A stretch of 59,919 nucleotides of DNA, filler included, from Malassezia furfur (GCA_052055015.1; 7 parts of 7 records of this genome joined end to end with filler, not necessarily neighbours in it); one strand, 5' to 3'; shown: positions 45,928 to 57,002, counted from the whole stretch's first letter. Numbers and translations: made by a program. The notes: a model not told the origin generated them from the sequence alone.

Positions 45928-46827
45928 ATGTCGCTCGAGCTCGACTGGAGCCTGGTGACGCAGGCGCTGGCCGACCGGCTACGCGACCGCATCAATAGGC
46001 TGTTGAGCACGATCGAGATGCCAAGCTACATGGGCCCTTTGCATCTACACACGCTCGAGTTTGGCGCCGAGGCGCCCGAGCTACAGATCGAGCATGTCGG
46101 GGACGTCTGGCGCGAATTCCGCGAGGCGACCGTGTCCGCGCAGCACAAGGAGCCGTATACAACGACACCGCCGCTCAGTGCATCTGTGGCCGGCATGCAG
46201 GCGCCGCTCGGCCCAATGCGCATGCGCACCTTCCGGCAGTACGACTCGGAGCTGCCCGTGTCGGTGAGCGCGGACGAGGAGCTGAGTGAGCTGGACGACG
46301 ACGAGTCGATGCTGCGCTGGAGCGAGTCGGGTTCCGAGGCCGGCTTCACAGACAGCGGCACGTTTGCAAGCGACATGCCGAGCGCGTCGTCGACCGGCGG
46401 CCTACCGTCGCTCCAAGTGCACGTGCGGGCGCAATGGCTCAGCGGCTCGGTGCGCGCGGGCCTCACCACCACGCTGGAGATCCACCAAGGCGACACGACG
46501 ATCATGAGCTTGCCCGTGAGCGTGCTGCTCACGAGCCTCGAGGTGGTCGGCCAGGTGGTGATCGCACTTGACGGCGAGCAGCGGTGCGTGTATGTGACGC
46601 TGTGTGAGGACGAGCGTGCGCGCGAGGCGAGCGGGGGCCGTGCGCGGCACAAGGCGGCGCGCATCGTGCCGTTCCTCGGGTTCGACAGCCGCATCGGCGA
46701 GCCGACGCGCCACGTCCTCGAGAACGTCGGCAAGGTCGAGCGCTTCGTGGGCGATATTGTGCGCCAGCTGCTCGAGGGCGAGCTCGTGTTCCCCAATTTT
46801 TACACACTGGCCCTGCCAGAGGCCTAA
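45928..46827 (+). CDS. MDM12: ERMES subunit Mdm12, copy A
   Basis: MSLELDW start, FGAEAPELQI, SRIGEPTRHVLENVGKVERF..ELVFPNFYT. Confidence 0.9.
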   Translation: MSLELDWSLVTQALADRLRDRINRLLSTIEMPSYMGPLHLHTLEFGAEAPELQIEHVGDVWREFREATVSAQHKEPYTTTPPLSASVAGMQAPLGPMRMRTFRQYDSELPVSVSADEELSELDDDESMLRWSESGSEAGFTDSGTFASDMPSASSTGGLPSLQVHVRAQWLSGSVRAGLTTTLEIHQGDTTIMSLPVSVLLTSLEVVGQVVIALDGEQRCVYVTLCEDERAREASGGRARHKAARIVPFLGFDSRIGEPTRHVLENVGKVERFVGDIVRQLLEGELVFPNFYTLALPEA

Positions 46828-46836
46828 GGAGACTGT

Positions 46837-47305
46837 CTACCGCGTCCGCGGCGTCCGCGAAAAGAGGCTGCGGCGCTGCGCGTCGCCCTGCGACTGCATG
46901 TATTCGCCGACAGCCCGCACATCGTCGCCGTTGGCGCGCTGCAAATAAGTGCGCGCCGTGCCCTCGTCGAGGTCCGGCAGCGCGTCCATGACGCGCTTGA
47001 GGCTCGCCTCGAACACGGGGTTCGGTTTCGGCGGCGGCGGCAGGTTGAGCGAGCCCGCGAGCAGCGCCGGCGCTGCCGCGCGGGTCTCTTCGCTCATGCG
47101 CGCGCCGAGCCCCGGAATACCCAGCCCAAAGCGCGGCTCGCTCGCCGCCTCCGACTGGCGCGACACGGTGCGCGTCATGCCGCCGCCGTCGCGCGTCGCC
47201 ACCGACGCGGGTGTGCCGAGGTCGTAGTGCGACGCGCGGTGCTGCACCGTGCGCCCCACCAGGGCCGGCGCGGCGCTCGGCGCGGCGCTGCCCGGCGTCG
47301 CGGTC
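46837..47305 (-). pseudogene. 3' fragment of a gene ending in a CUE/UBA-like domain, copy A, 5' lost at the fold
   Basis: FEASLKRVMDALPDLDEGTARTYLQRANGDDVRAVGEYM. The reading frame runs into the inversion centre with no shared start codon. Confidence 0.55.
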
Positions 47306-47735
47306 GCCGGCGCTTGTAGGGCGCACGCTGCAGCACCGCATGTCGCACTACGACCTCGGCACACCCGCTTCGGGGGTGCACGATGGTGGCGGCGGCTTGG
47401 CGCGCACCGTGTCGCGCCAGTCAGAGGCGCCGAGCGAGCCGCGCTTTGGGCTGGGCATCCCGGGGCTGGGCGTGCGCATGAGCGAAGAGACCCGCGCCGC
47501 AGCGCCGGCGCTGCTTGCGGGCTCGCTCAATCTGGCGCCGCCCAAACCAAACCCGGCATTTGAGGCGAGCCTCAAGCGCGTCATGGACGCGCTGCCGGAC
47601 GTCGACGAGGGCACCGCGCGCAGCTACCTGCAGCGCGCCAACGGCGACGACGTAAGGGCCGTCGGCGAGTACATGCAGTCGCAGGGCGACGCACAGCGCC
47701 GCAGCTTCTTTTCGCGCACACCGCGTACACGGTAG
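47306..47735 (+). pseudogene. 3' fragment of the same CUE/UBA-like gene, copy B
   Basis: PALVGRTLQHR..FEASLKRVMDALPDVDEGTARSYLQRANGDD. Its ATG at 47340 is GCG in copy A. Confidence 0.55.
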
Positions 47736-47744
47736 ACAGCCTCC

Positions 47745-48644
47745 CTAGGACTCTGGCAGGGCCAGCGTGTAAAAATTGGGGAACACGAGCTCGGCCTCGA
47801 GCAGCTGGCGCACAAGGTCGCCGGCAAATCGCTCCACCTTGCCGACGTTCTCGAGGACGTGGCGCGTCGGCTCGCCGATGCGGCTATCGAACCCAAGGAA
47901 CGGCACGATGCGCACCGCCTTGTGCCGTGCACGGCCCCCGCTCGCCTCGCGCGCGCGCTCGTCTTCACACAACGTCACATACACACAGCGGTGCTCGCCG
48001 TCCAGCGCAATCACTGCCTGCCCCACCACCTCGAGGCTTGTCAATTGTATACTCACGGGCAGGCTCATGATCGCCGTATCGCCCTGGTGGATCTGCAGCG
48101 TGGTGGTGAGGCCCGCGCGCACCGAGCCGCTGAGCCACTGCACCCGCACGTGCACTTGGAGCGACGGCAGGCCGCTGCCCGAGGTCGTGCTTGGCATGTC
48201 GCTCGCCATCGTGCCGCTGTCCGTAAATCCGGCCTCGGAACCTGACTCGCTCCACCGCAGCATCGACTCTTCGTCGTCCAACTCGCTCAGCTCCTCGTCC
48301 GCGTTCACCGACACGGGCAGCTCCGAGTCGTACTGCCGAAAGGTGCGCATGCGCATCGGGCCAAGCGGCGCCTGCATGCCGGCCACAGAGGGAGTCGGGG
48401 GCGAGGCCGTCGTATACGGCTCGTTGCGCTGCGCCGACGCGGTCGCCTCGCGAAATTCGCGCCAGACGTCTCCGATATGCTCGACCTGCAGCTCGGGCGC
48501 CTCTGTGCCGAACTCGAGCGCGTGCAGGTGCAAAGGGCCCATATAGCTTGGCAGTTCTACCACGCTCAGTAGCTCATTGATACGGTCGCGCAGCCGGTCA
48601 GCCAGCGCCTGGGTCACCAGGCTCCAGTCAAGCTCGAGCGACAT
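47745..48644 (-). CDS. MDM12: ERMES subunit Mdm12, copy B
   Basis: Intact 900-nt ORF, same length and motifs as copy A. Confidence 0.9.
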   Translation of the reverse strand: MSLELDWSLVTQALADRLRDRINELLSVVELPSYMGPLHLHALEFGTEAPELQVEHIGDVWREFREATASAQRNEPYTTASPPTPSVAGMQAPLGPMRMRTFRQYDSELPVSVNADEELSELDDEESMLRWSESGSEAGFTDSGTMASDMPSTTSGSGLPSLQVHVRVQWLSGSVRAGLTTTLQIHQGDTAIMSLPVSIQLTSLEVVGQAVIALDGEHRCVYVTLCEDERAREASGGRARHKAVRIVPFLGFDSRIGEPTRHVLENVGKVERFAGDLVRQLLEAELVFPNFYTLALPES

Positions 48645-48777
48645 GCTCGCCGTGGAGGCCCCTCGGTGTGGAGGCAATGGCCCCGCACGCGGTCCGCCTC
48701 GCACGCGGTCCGCTCCGCACGCGGCGTGTGCGCGCGCATGCGTCGTCTGGCCTGGCATCGCCTCTCTATTGTACACA

Positions 48778-49510
48778 TTATACAGGTCCCATATCGGTCA
48801 AAAGTGCATCGAGCATCGCTTGTAACGCTTTGGCGTCTTCGCTGGGGAGCGACACGGCGCCGCGGAGCTGGATCAGATCCCGCGCGCGTCGACGTACCTT
48901 GTCGAGCATTGCCAGTGCATCGGCGACATGCGCCTGTACCTCGTCCGCCTCTTGCTCTATTGCCGCGATGCGTTCCGCAGACTCGGCATTTGCGGCTTGT
49001 AGCTGATGCGTGAGCGAAATACACCGTACCTCGGCCAACTCGTGCTCCAGCGCAGGCATGCGTGCTTGCTGGTCTGCCGCAATGCGCGCACGGATTGCGG
49101 TGGAAATGTCCAAGTCCGGGCGCCAAACATCCTTGAGCTCGGCGGACTGCGGCGCGTACGCATTCCGCTCACGCTCGTCCGCCTCGTCTACAAGCTCCTG
49201 CAGCTCGGAAAGCCGCGCGCCCAGATCATGCTTAGCCACCAATTCGTTCAAATCGTCCTGCGTGAGGCCATGCACGTACGCGAATTGCGGACTTGAGGTC
49301 CTGCACGAACTGCAGACGCGTCTTTTCCAGCGCGACCTCGTCGACGTTGGGCAAGGCGACGGCGAAATTTTTCGCGCTGCGTCAGCGTGGCACCTACTTG
49401 GCTTTGTCGTCAATGAGTGTCAGAAACTTGTCCAGCGCCGTCCGCATGCGCTCCAGGCGCGCGCACTCGCCTGGAGCGTGCGCGGCGTGCGGCCCACGCT
49501 CCATGGCCAT
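48778..49510 (-). CDS. NNF1: Nnf1-like, copy B
   Basis: Same four introns at the same positions as copy A. Confidence 0.72.
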
Positions 49511-49636
49511 CAGGTGGAGGAGCGCGTCGCGCGCGGCGCATGGAGATCGCGTGGCGCGTCACGTGAGGAACTACTGCGGCAAATTCCCATGCGTTTTCTT
49601 CCGGCGCCGTGCCAGTTTCTCTCCCAACGACTTACA

Positions 49637-50268
49637 ATGTACGTGGGCGAAGGAGTGGGCGTGCTGACCGTGCAGGGCGAAGTCTAAGAACCACACCAAC
49701 CACAACCAGTCGAGGAAGGCTCACCGCAACGGTATCAAGAAGCCCAAGACGAACCGTTACCCCAGCCTGCGCGGTGTACGTATGAGCGCGGTGGGGTAGG
49801 AGCAGGTGGACGTGACGATGCAGTGACGACGGAGGGCAACAGGGCGACAGGAAGTCAGGGTGTGGACGATGGGGAGGCCTTGCGGATGCCACATGTGTAC
49901 ACCACGCATCGGTGCGCTTCGGCGGACGGTGCAGAGCATGCACAAGTTCGCGCGAGGGTCAAGGCCGATAGTGGCTATTTCTCCTATGTGACGAAGGGGA
50001 TGCCCAATGTGCTATTACCGAGCTGCCGCTTTGGTCGTGCGTGTGCTGGGTGTTTTCGCTCTTGGATCTTTTGCGCAGGCTGCACCTTGTCCCATCCTTT
50101 CTGCATCCGCCCTATGCCGCACAGTGTCGCTGTTCCTTGCTTCTACGCCACCCTTTTTGTGAACGGCTACTAACCCTACAGGTGGACCCCAAGTTCCTGC
50201 GCAACCAGCGCTACGCTAAGCACGGTACTGAGAAGGCTGTGCGTGAGGCGCGTGCCGCGTCCGCATAA
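49637..50268 (+). CDS. RPL29: 60S ribosomal protein L29, copy B
   Basis: Introns 49639-49675 and 49776-50181 (406 nt, TACTAAC branch point). Confidence 0.95.
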
Positions 50269-50476
50269 ACATGCTTACCTGTGACGCTCATCCTGTCTGC
50301 GACACGTAGATTTGTATACATGGAGCACAGCGCGATGTGCTGCGGATCCACCCAAAAAACGGTTTGCGCTATACGAGGGAGAAGCGGCGGTGAATAGGTC
50401 TGCAGGGCGAAGGCTGCGGTGCCCATGTGGAGGTTCGTTGGCGCCGTCAGGGGTCGGCCGTTTCCCCCGCCGCGTC

Positions 50477-51458
50477 ATGTCCGAGGAGGGTGGCCCGGCG
50501 CGCGATGCCTCGAGGGGCGTCGATTGCGGCGCTGTGCCGCATGCGGACGACGGGCGTGGTCGTCAGCCTGCGTCGTTCGACGCCGAGCCTGTCGACGAGG
50601 TGGCACGGTATGCGTCGGCGCCGGCCGACGGCGTCGTGGCGAGTGCGGCGCACACGCCGTCCGAGTCGACGCTGCGTGCACGCATCGTATCGGCGCTTTC
50701 GTTTCTTACCGATGATTTTGCGGACGACGGTGCGAGTGTGCGCAGCTGGAGCACGCCGTCGCCCGACGCATACGCAAGCGACGTGTCGAGCAATACCTCT
50801 GGCGCGTCTGGCGCGGCGCGGCACGTCGCGCGCAGTGTCGGGCGGTGGGAGGATGACCATGACGTCCGTGCGTGCCGCAAGTGTGGGCGTACCTTTACCT
50901 TTTTCGTGCGCAAGCATCACTGCCGGCGGTGTGGCTGTATCTTTTGCGACGCGTGTACGACGCACCGTGCGCACCTGCGCGTGGACGACCTGATCATCGA
51001 CCCGACGATGCCCGAGATGCTCGAGGTGGAGCGCGTCGGCCCATCGCGCGTGTGTGACTGGTGTGTCGAGACCTATGGATTGGCGCTTGCGCCTCGCGAC
51101 GCGGCGCACGACACGTCGCTGCTGACGCACATGATGTCCTACGTGCAGCGCCCGCGGACCACAGACGGAGCGCAGGGCGGCGACGCCGAGGCGGCGTCGC
51201 TGGCGTCGAGCCTCTTGGACGAGTGCCCCGTATGCTACCGACCTTTGCGCACGCTGCCGACCGAGGAGGCGCGCGAAGCGCATGTGATGCACTGCCTCGA
51301 GCACGGCGCGCCCGCGGATGTGGTGCCGCGCACACGCTACGTTGTGTCGCAGCTGGCGCCCGACTCGGTGCTGATTGGGAGCGAGTGCATTATTTGTATG
51401 GAAGAGTTTGCGGTGCGCGACGTGGTGGCGCGGCTCGGGTGCCTGTGCTGCTTCCACC
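50477..51458 (+). CDS. PIB1: Pib1-like FYVE-RING, copy B, 3' truncated
   Basis: Same motifs as copy A and ends at the same base. Confidence 0.88.
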
Positions 51459-51558
51459 NNNNNNNNNNNNNNNNNNNNNNNNNNNNNNNNNNNNNNNNNN
51501 NNTTAATTAATTAANNNNNNNNNNNNNNNNNNNNNNNNNNNNNNNNNNNNNNNNNNNN

Positions 51559-51745
51559 GGCGGCACGGGCGGTGCGCTCGCAAGCGCTGGCCGACTCGCG
51601 GCCGGTGTCGGTGCCTCGCCGGCGACATGGCCGGCGACCGACGGCGCCGAGCGGTCGGACGTCTGTACCTCTGTGGTGTGAGAGCGTGCGACCTACTTTT
51701 TAGTGTCTTGCCCTTGCGGATCGCATCTTGGAGCGCCGCGTCCAT
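51559..51745 (-). CDS. VRP1: Verprolin/WIP N-terminus (WH2), 3' truncated
   Basis: Splicing 51671-51696 gives ALQDAIRKGKTLKKVQTSDRSAP. Confidence 0.8.
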
Positions 51746-51983
51746 GGCCAGCGTCGATGGACAGAGCGAAGGCGGCCCCCGAGCGCCGGCGTGAATCACG
51801 TGCGAGTGTCCGTGCGCGGGGAAAGCGTGCGCAAGGGGCGCCAAGCTACGAAGTGAGGAGCGGACCGGCCGCGGTGACGGGGTACGGAGGAACTATTACG
51901 GAGGAGGGTGGTCGTGAAATCGTACGAAGAGAAAAGCGGAAGCACATGCATCCGACACCGAGCAACAGGGGCGGGCCATCTTG

Positions 51984-52832
51984 TTACGATGCATGCGCCG
52001 TGCAGGGCGGACCGTCGAGCGATACGTCTTCCGCGTCGTCCTGCGCGGACGGCCGGATCGTCCAGCCGGCGGTCGCATGCGTAAGGCACGGCGTTGTGAG
52101 ATCGTTCTCACGGACGCCGGCCGCCTCCTCCTTGCTGAGCTGCGAATGGAGCGAGTAGAGCGTCGTGCCCGAGTCGTTGCTGCGCACCGATGCGCGCGAC
52201 TGCAATACCTTTTCGCGCGCATCATGGGAGCGTGCACACTTCTCGGGCAGTTCGGGTCCCCGCTCGAGGTCCAGCAGGTCGTGCGACGTGGCGCTGTTCA
52301 CCGAGCCGAACCTTCCGAGCGTGCCACGCGAAACGGTCGACATGATGGGCCGTGCGAGCGGAGCGGGCGGCTTCTCGAGGTCGGCGTCCTCGTCGTACAG
52401 CGTCGCATTGGAGTCGTTCGACGTGGTGTGGCGCAGTTTCGCGACGCGCTTCTCGGGGACGTCGGCTTCCGGCTCGTGCTGCCCCGCCTTGCGCCGCAGT
52501 AAGCACCGCGCAGCGAGCACGAGGACGACGAGGCCGACGACACACCCCACGATGATCGCGACAATGACGAGGGGGAACAGCCGGTTGGACGTGGACATCA
52601 CGTTGCTGTTCTTGGCGGACTGTTTCTTGGTACTGCTGTGTGAGGTGGAGCTGCGGTCGGCCAAGGCAACACCATGGTGCGTGCGGTGTGCGGCTAGCTG
52701 GTGATCATGTGCGTCGTGCGCACCCAGAACGCTAGAGATCAGTACATGGGAAATACCAAGGAGGGCCAACGGCAGGCGAAGGCGGCCCAAGCCCTGTCCA
52801 GCAGGGCGTCGTAGCATCGTGGAGGGGGTCAT
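51984..52832 (-). CDS. Unknown single-pass membrane protein
   Basis: Signal-like hydrophobic stretch, His/Ser-rich short ectodomain, TM LVIVAIIVGCVVGLVVLVLAA followed by RRK. Start could be 52817. Confidence 0.65.
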   Translation of the reverse strand: MTPSTMLRRPAGQGLGRLRLPLALLGISHVLISSVLGAHDAHDHQLAAHRTHHGVALADRSSTSHSSTKKQSAKNSNVMSTSNRLFPLVIVAIIVGCVVGLVVLVLAARCLLRRKAGQHEPEADVPEKRVAKLRHTTSNDSNATLYDEDADLEKPPAPLARPIMSTVSRGTLGRFGSVNSATSHDLLDLERGPELPEKCARSHDAREKVLQSRASVRSNDSGTTLYSLHSQLSKEEAAGVRENDLTTPCLTHATAGWTIRPSAQDDAEDVSLDGPPCTAHAS

Positions 52833-53050
52833 GGGGTGGGACAGTGCTGCCAGAGCACGCCGAGTCGTGATGAGGGTGTGACAGAGGATGCGCGCAAGGC
52901 CTGCTTGCACGCGTGCAGGAGGTGGGATGGTGGGGTGGTCCAAACGGCGTGGGACCCTGCGCGGCTCAAGACTGCGCACGTTGCTCCACGGTTGGTGCAC
53001 ATTCTACACACGCCCAAAATGAAGGAGCTGCTTAGACCTCCACATGTACA

Positions 53051-55008
53051 CTACGCAAAAATCTGGGTGACCATCGCTTCCACTTCGCGCTCGGTCGGGC
53101 GGCGGCCTGCACGGTCAAGCGCACACAACGTACCTTTTCCGTCGCTCTTTTGTTTGGACACATAGACATTGTAGAGCGGGCACACCAGCCTGTGTAAGCG
53201 GGCGCGACGTACCGGACGACGTCGTCGCGCAACGACTCGATCAATGCGGGGTTGTTTTGCAGCAGCGGCTGTGCGCGGTGGATCCGCTCCTTTTCCGCGA
53301 GCTGCTGGAAGAAGCGCGCGGTAGTGTCGCGGCTGCGGTCTGCGCCTCCGAGGCCGCCCAGTCGGCCGATCGTGCCGGCGCGCGTCAGCCCCGGCGCGTC
53401 TTCGGTCAAGACATTCACGACGCTGTTCCACGACTCGAGGTACGTCGTGCGGGCGGAGCGCTGTGCGTGCTTCAGAAGCTGGTCGCCCGCCGACACCGCC
53501 GCCGCAGGCAGCAGCGGCTGCATCTGCGCGAGCTCCTGCTGCAGGTACGACAGGTTGTTCAGCAGGAAGAGCGCAGCGACCGTCGGCTGCGGCACAGCCA
53601 CCACCGAGCGCTCGAGCGAGGTGACAATCGCCGACAGCACGTCGTTCAGGTATTCGGAAAACAGCGTGCTCGCATCCGCAGGCGCGGCGAGCTGTGGCGC
53701 GGCGTCGGCGTCCAGCCAGTTCTTGGTGTGCATGGTTTGCAGCAACGACATCAGCACGTCGGTGTACCCCACCAGGCTGCGCACGAGCTGCATCCCGAGC
53801 GTGGAGATGTCGCTCACACTGGAGTGCAGCACATCGTGCTCGCGCTGCACCGGGATCACCTTGATGTCGCGCAGAAATTCGGGGAAGAAGTGCACGGCGT
53901 CCTGCCGCGTCCGGACCATGGCCGCGGGCAGGTCCAGGGGCAGGTCCTCGCCGCGCTGCAGCGCCTGCACCCACCGCTGGCCGTCCGCGCCGAGCACGGC
54001 ACTGCTCGCCCCGAGAAAATCGAGCGCCAGCATACGGTGCGCGTGCAGGCCATGCTGCAGACGCGGCAGCAGCGTCGGCAGCAGGCTGCTCACCGACGCC
54101 ACGAGCGGCTGCACGACCTGCGTAAAGGTGTGTGCCTGGAGGTGCTGCCACGCCATGCCCTCGAACAGCGCCGTGGTGATTGCATACTCGTTCTCGACGA
54201 GCTCCAGCATGCCTTGCAGCCACGCCTGCAGACCGGCCGAGCCGCGCTGGTACTCCATGAGCGCCTCGCGCGGCGCGTGCACTGACGGGTCCTGCATGAC
54301 GTTGGCGACGCGCGTGACATGCGCAACGAGCGGCTGGATGCTCGCGAGGCAGTAGTTGCTGCGCACCTGCGCATACGACGCCAAGGCGCCCGAGAAGGGC
54401 GACTCGGCGCGCGCGGCCGCCGCCGGCGTGCGCAGCGTCCAGAGGAACTGGAGGAGCGCCTTGACGGACATCAAGCACTCGCTCGAGAGCGACGGCAGCG
54501 CGGCGTGTCGCTCGAGCAACGCGCGCAGGTCGATCGGCGTCGACTCTGCCGTCGTATATTCGCGCACGAGGTCGGCGACGTTGCGTGCGCCGTGGTCGAG
54601 CAGCGTCTCCATCTTGCTCAGCACCTGATCCGGGGTCTTGCTCGCACTCGCGCGCATCTGCTCAATGCCGTGCGCGACGCGCTGCACCGCCTCCAGGTAC
54701 GGCCAAGGGTCCCGCAGGCTGGGGCCGCGCAGGAGGAGCGGCTCCTCGTCGACGACGACTCCGTAGTGCCGCAGGCTCTTGCCAAGCTCCTGCTTCGTGG
54801 CCTCAATGTTGGTATTGATCTGGCTGAGCTGCTGCGTGCTCTTGTGGATGGGGAGGATGCTGCTCTCGAGCTTGACGAGGCGCCGGTCGAAGCCGTTCAG
54901 GATGGTCGTCATCCGGTTCGTGAGGTTCGCGAGGCGTTTCTGGTTCTGCTCCATGAGCTCCATCTCGGCGAGCGCCAAGTCACTGTCCATCGCCGCCGTC
55001 GAGCTCAT
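53051..55008 (-). CDS. EXO70: Exocyst subunit Exo70
   Basis: LTNRMTTILNGFDRRLVKLESSILPIH, LFLLNNLSYL, YLESW. Introns 53190-53212, 53107-53133. Confidence 0.88.
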
Positions 55009-55084
55009 GCCCGACGCGGAGGCCACACGCCCCGAATACACCATGGCGGTCCGCGCTCGGTAGGACCTCCACCCTTCCGCGAAC

Positions 55085-55961
55085 ATGGCGGGGAAGCACG
55101 CGTGGCCGCAGCAGGCGCTTGCCGAGCTCGCGAGCCTGCAGCGCACCGACCTGCTGCGCGCCGGCGCCGCACAGGGGTACACCATGCGGCACGCCGAGCG
55201 CAACATGGACGCGAACCGGTACACCAATGTGCTGCCCTGTGCGTCTTCCAGCGGCTCACCCAGACGACCACGCCCTGCTCCCAGGGCCGTACTTGAACGC
55301 GTCGCGCATTCCGCCGCTGCCCGAGAGCATGCCGGGTGCCGCGGCATGCATCGCGTCCCAGGCACCAACCGTCGGCACGTTTGGCACCTTCTACCACCAC
55401 CTATGCACGGAGCAGGTCGGTACCCTCCTGAACCTTACCCCGCTCGCCGAGGGGTCGATCGTTAAAAGCCACCAGTATTGGCCGAGCTCCCCATCCGAGC
55501 CCATGCAAGTCGAGCCTGGATGGACCGTCGAGCTGCTGTGGGAGCGCGAGAGCCAAGACGCCGACGCCGACGGGCTCACCTGGCGCCGGCTGCGCCTGCA
55601 GCCCGCTGGCGGAGAAGCACACGAGCTGACGCTGCTACACTACACCGGATGGCGCGACCACGGCCCACTGCCGACGCCGCAGCTCCTTGCGCTCCTCGCC
55701 GAAGTCCACAAGGCGTGCAACGAGGCGCCCAGCGGCGCACCGCTGTGGGTGCACTGCTCGGCGGGCATCGGGCGCTCCGGCACGCTGATCGGCGTCTTTC
55801 TGGCCGAGCAGCTCGAGCCGGGCGCGTATGCGGATGCGTCGCCTATGGACCTCGCCGTGCACATCACCAAGTATCTGCGCGAATTCCGGGGGGGTATGGT
55901 ACAGACGCCCGGCCAGCTCGTGACGCTGGCGCACGCCATCGAGCACGTACGGAAGACATAG
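55085..55961 (+). CDS. Classical protein tyrosine phosphatase
   Basis: NRYTNVLPYD after intron 55239-55263, YLNAS, IASQAP, WRDHG, HCSAGIGRSG, MVQTPGQ. Confidence 0.92.
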
Positions 55962-55963
55962 TC

Positions 55964-56839
55964 TTAGGCGCCCTCAGCGTGCTTGGACGTCGCCCCGCGG
56001 CGGCGCACGCGGCCAGCCGTCTTGGTCGCCGCCTGCCGCGTCGCCTCTTCGGTCTGCAGCGCGTTCTCCGACAGCCAGCGCAGCGCATGCGCTCCTGTAG
56101 CAGCGACGTACGGCACACCCGTGTGCAGCATGTGTCCGACATGGTCCCACGCGCCTGGGTCGGCCGTGGCGCTGGGCTCGGCGGCCTCCTCGCCCTCGGC
56201 CGGCTCAGGGACGCGCGGCAGCGGACGTGCGGGGCGCTCGTCCGGCTGGTGCACCTGCGTGAGTCGGAAGAACGTACGCCCTTCGTTGCCCAGGACCCGG
56301 CCTCGCCACGCACAATGTTGTAGACGACGCCCAGCGTCGCGCTGGTGATGGCCAGTGCCCGCTCCGTCGCGCGGTCGACGAAGTTGTCAATGTCGTCCTG
56401 ATGCGACGCGAGGAAGGGCGCGAGGTACTTGGTATACAGCAGCGTGGCGCCCTGACGTCAGTGTGTGCGCCTACCTTGGTTTGCGGCAGGACGAGCCAGA
56501 GGACAAACACAAGCTTGGCGTGTTGATAGCAGGGTATCCTGCGTGGTTAAGCTACGCGACGTACCAGCGCCAGGACCACTCGGCCCACGCCTCGGCAACA
56601 CGCACCACGGCCATCACGGCCCAGTACATGCCGAGGGTCTCGAGCTCCGCGAGTTCCGTCGGGCGGTCGGCCGCACTGGCGTCCTGTTCCTGTTTCTGCT
56701 TCGCGGCTCCGTACCAGCTGTACGCATTCACCGTCGACCCGTTCCGCTGGACGGCGGTGAGTACCTTGTATGTCGCGTACAGTGGGTACAGGTATGCAAT
56801 ACACAGCGTCGCAAGCGACAAGGTCAGGGACAGCGGCAT
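55964..56839 (-). CDS. REEP/Yop1/HVA22 family protein
   Basis: AYLYPLYATYK, MYWAV..AEW, WLVLPQTKG. Introns 56539-56564, 56452-56474, 56255-56277. Confidence 0.82.
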
Positions 56840-57002
56840 GGCGGGCAAAGGCACAACACCCGCACGTTGCTGCTTGGCGTGTTGGTGTGGAGGGCTGCCG
56901 GCCCCTCCCTGGAAGGCGCGCGCGGCGGCCCTGGCGCGGCAGAAAGGTGGATATGCATGCATTGTCTATGTCTGGTTTACATCATAACAAGTCCCCGCGC
57001 AT

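Larger units (their letters stand above)
43082..51458. repeat. Whole-contig diverged inverted repeat (arms ~43082-47270 and ~47306-51458)
   Basis: The same five genes in mirror order. The terminal 55 nt are exact reverse complements. Confidence 0.95.

Noticed and set aside
43082..51458. Inverted repeat as a transposon or foldback element
   Set aside because: The arms consist entirely of housekeeping genes; no transposase or target-site duplication is visible.
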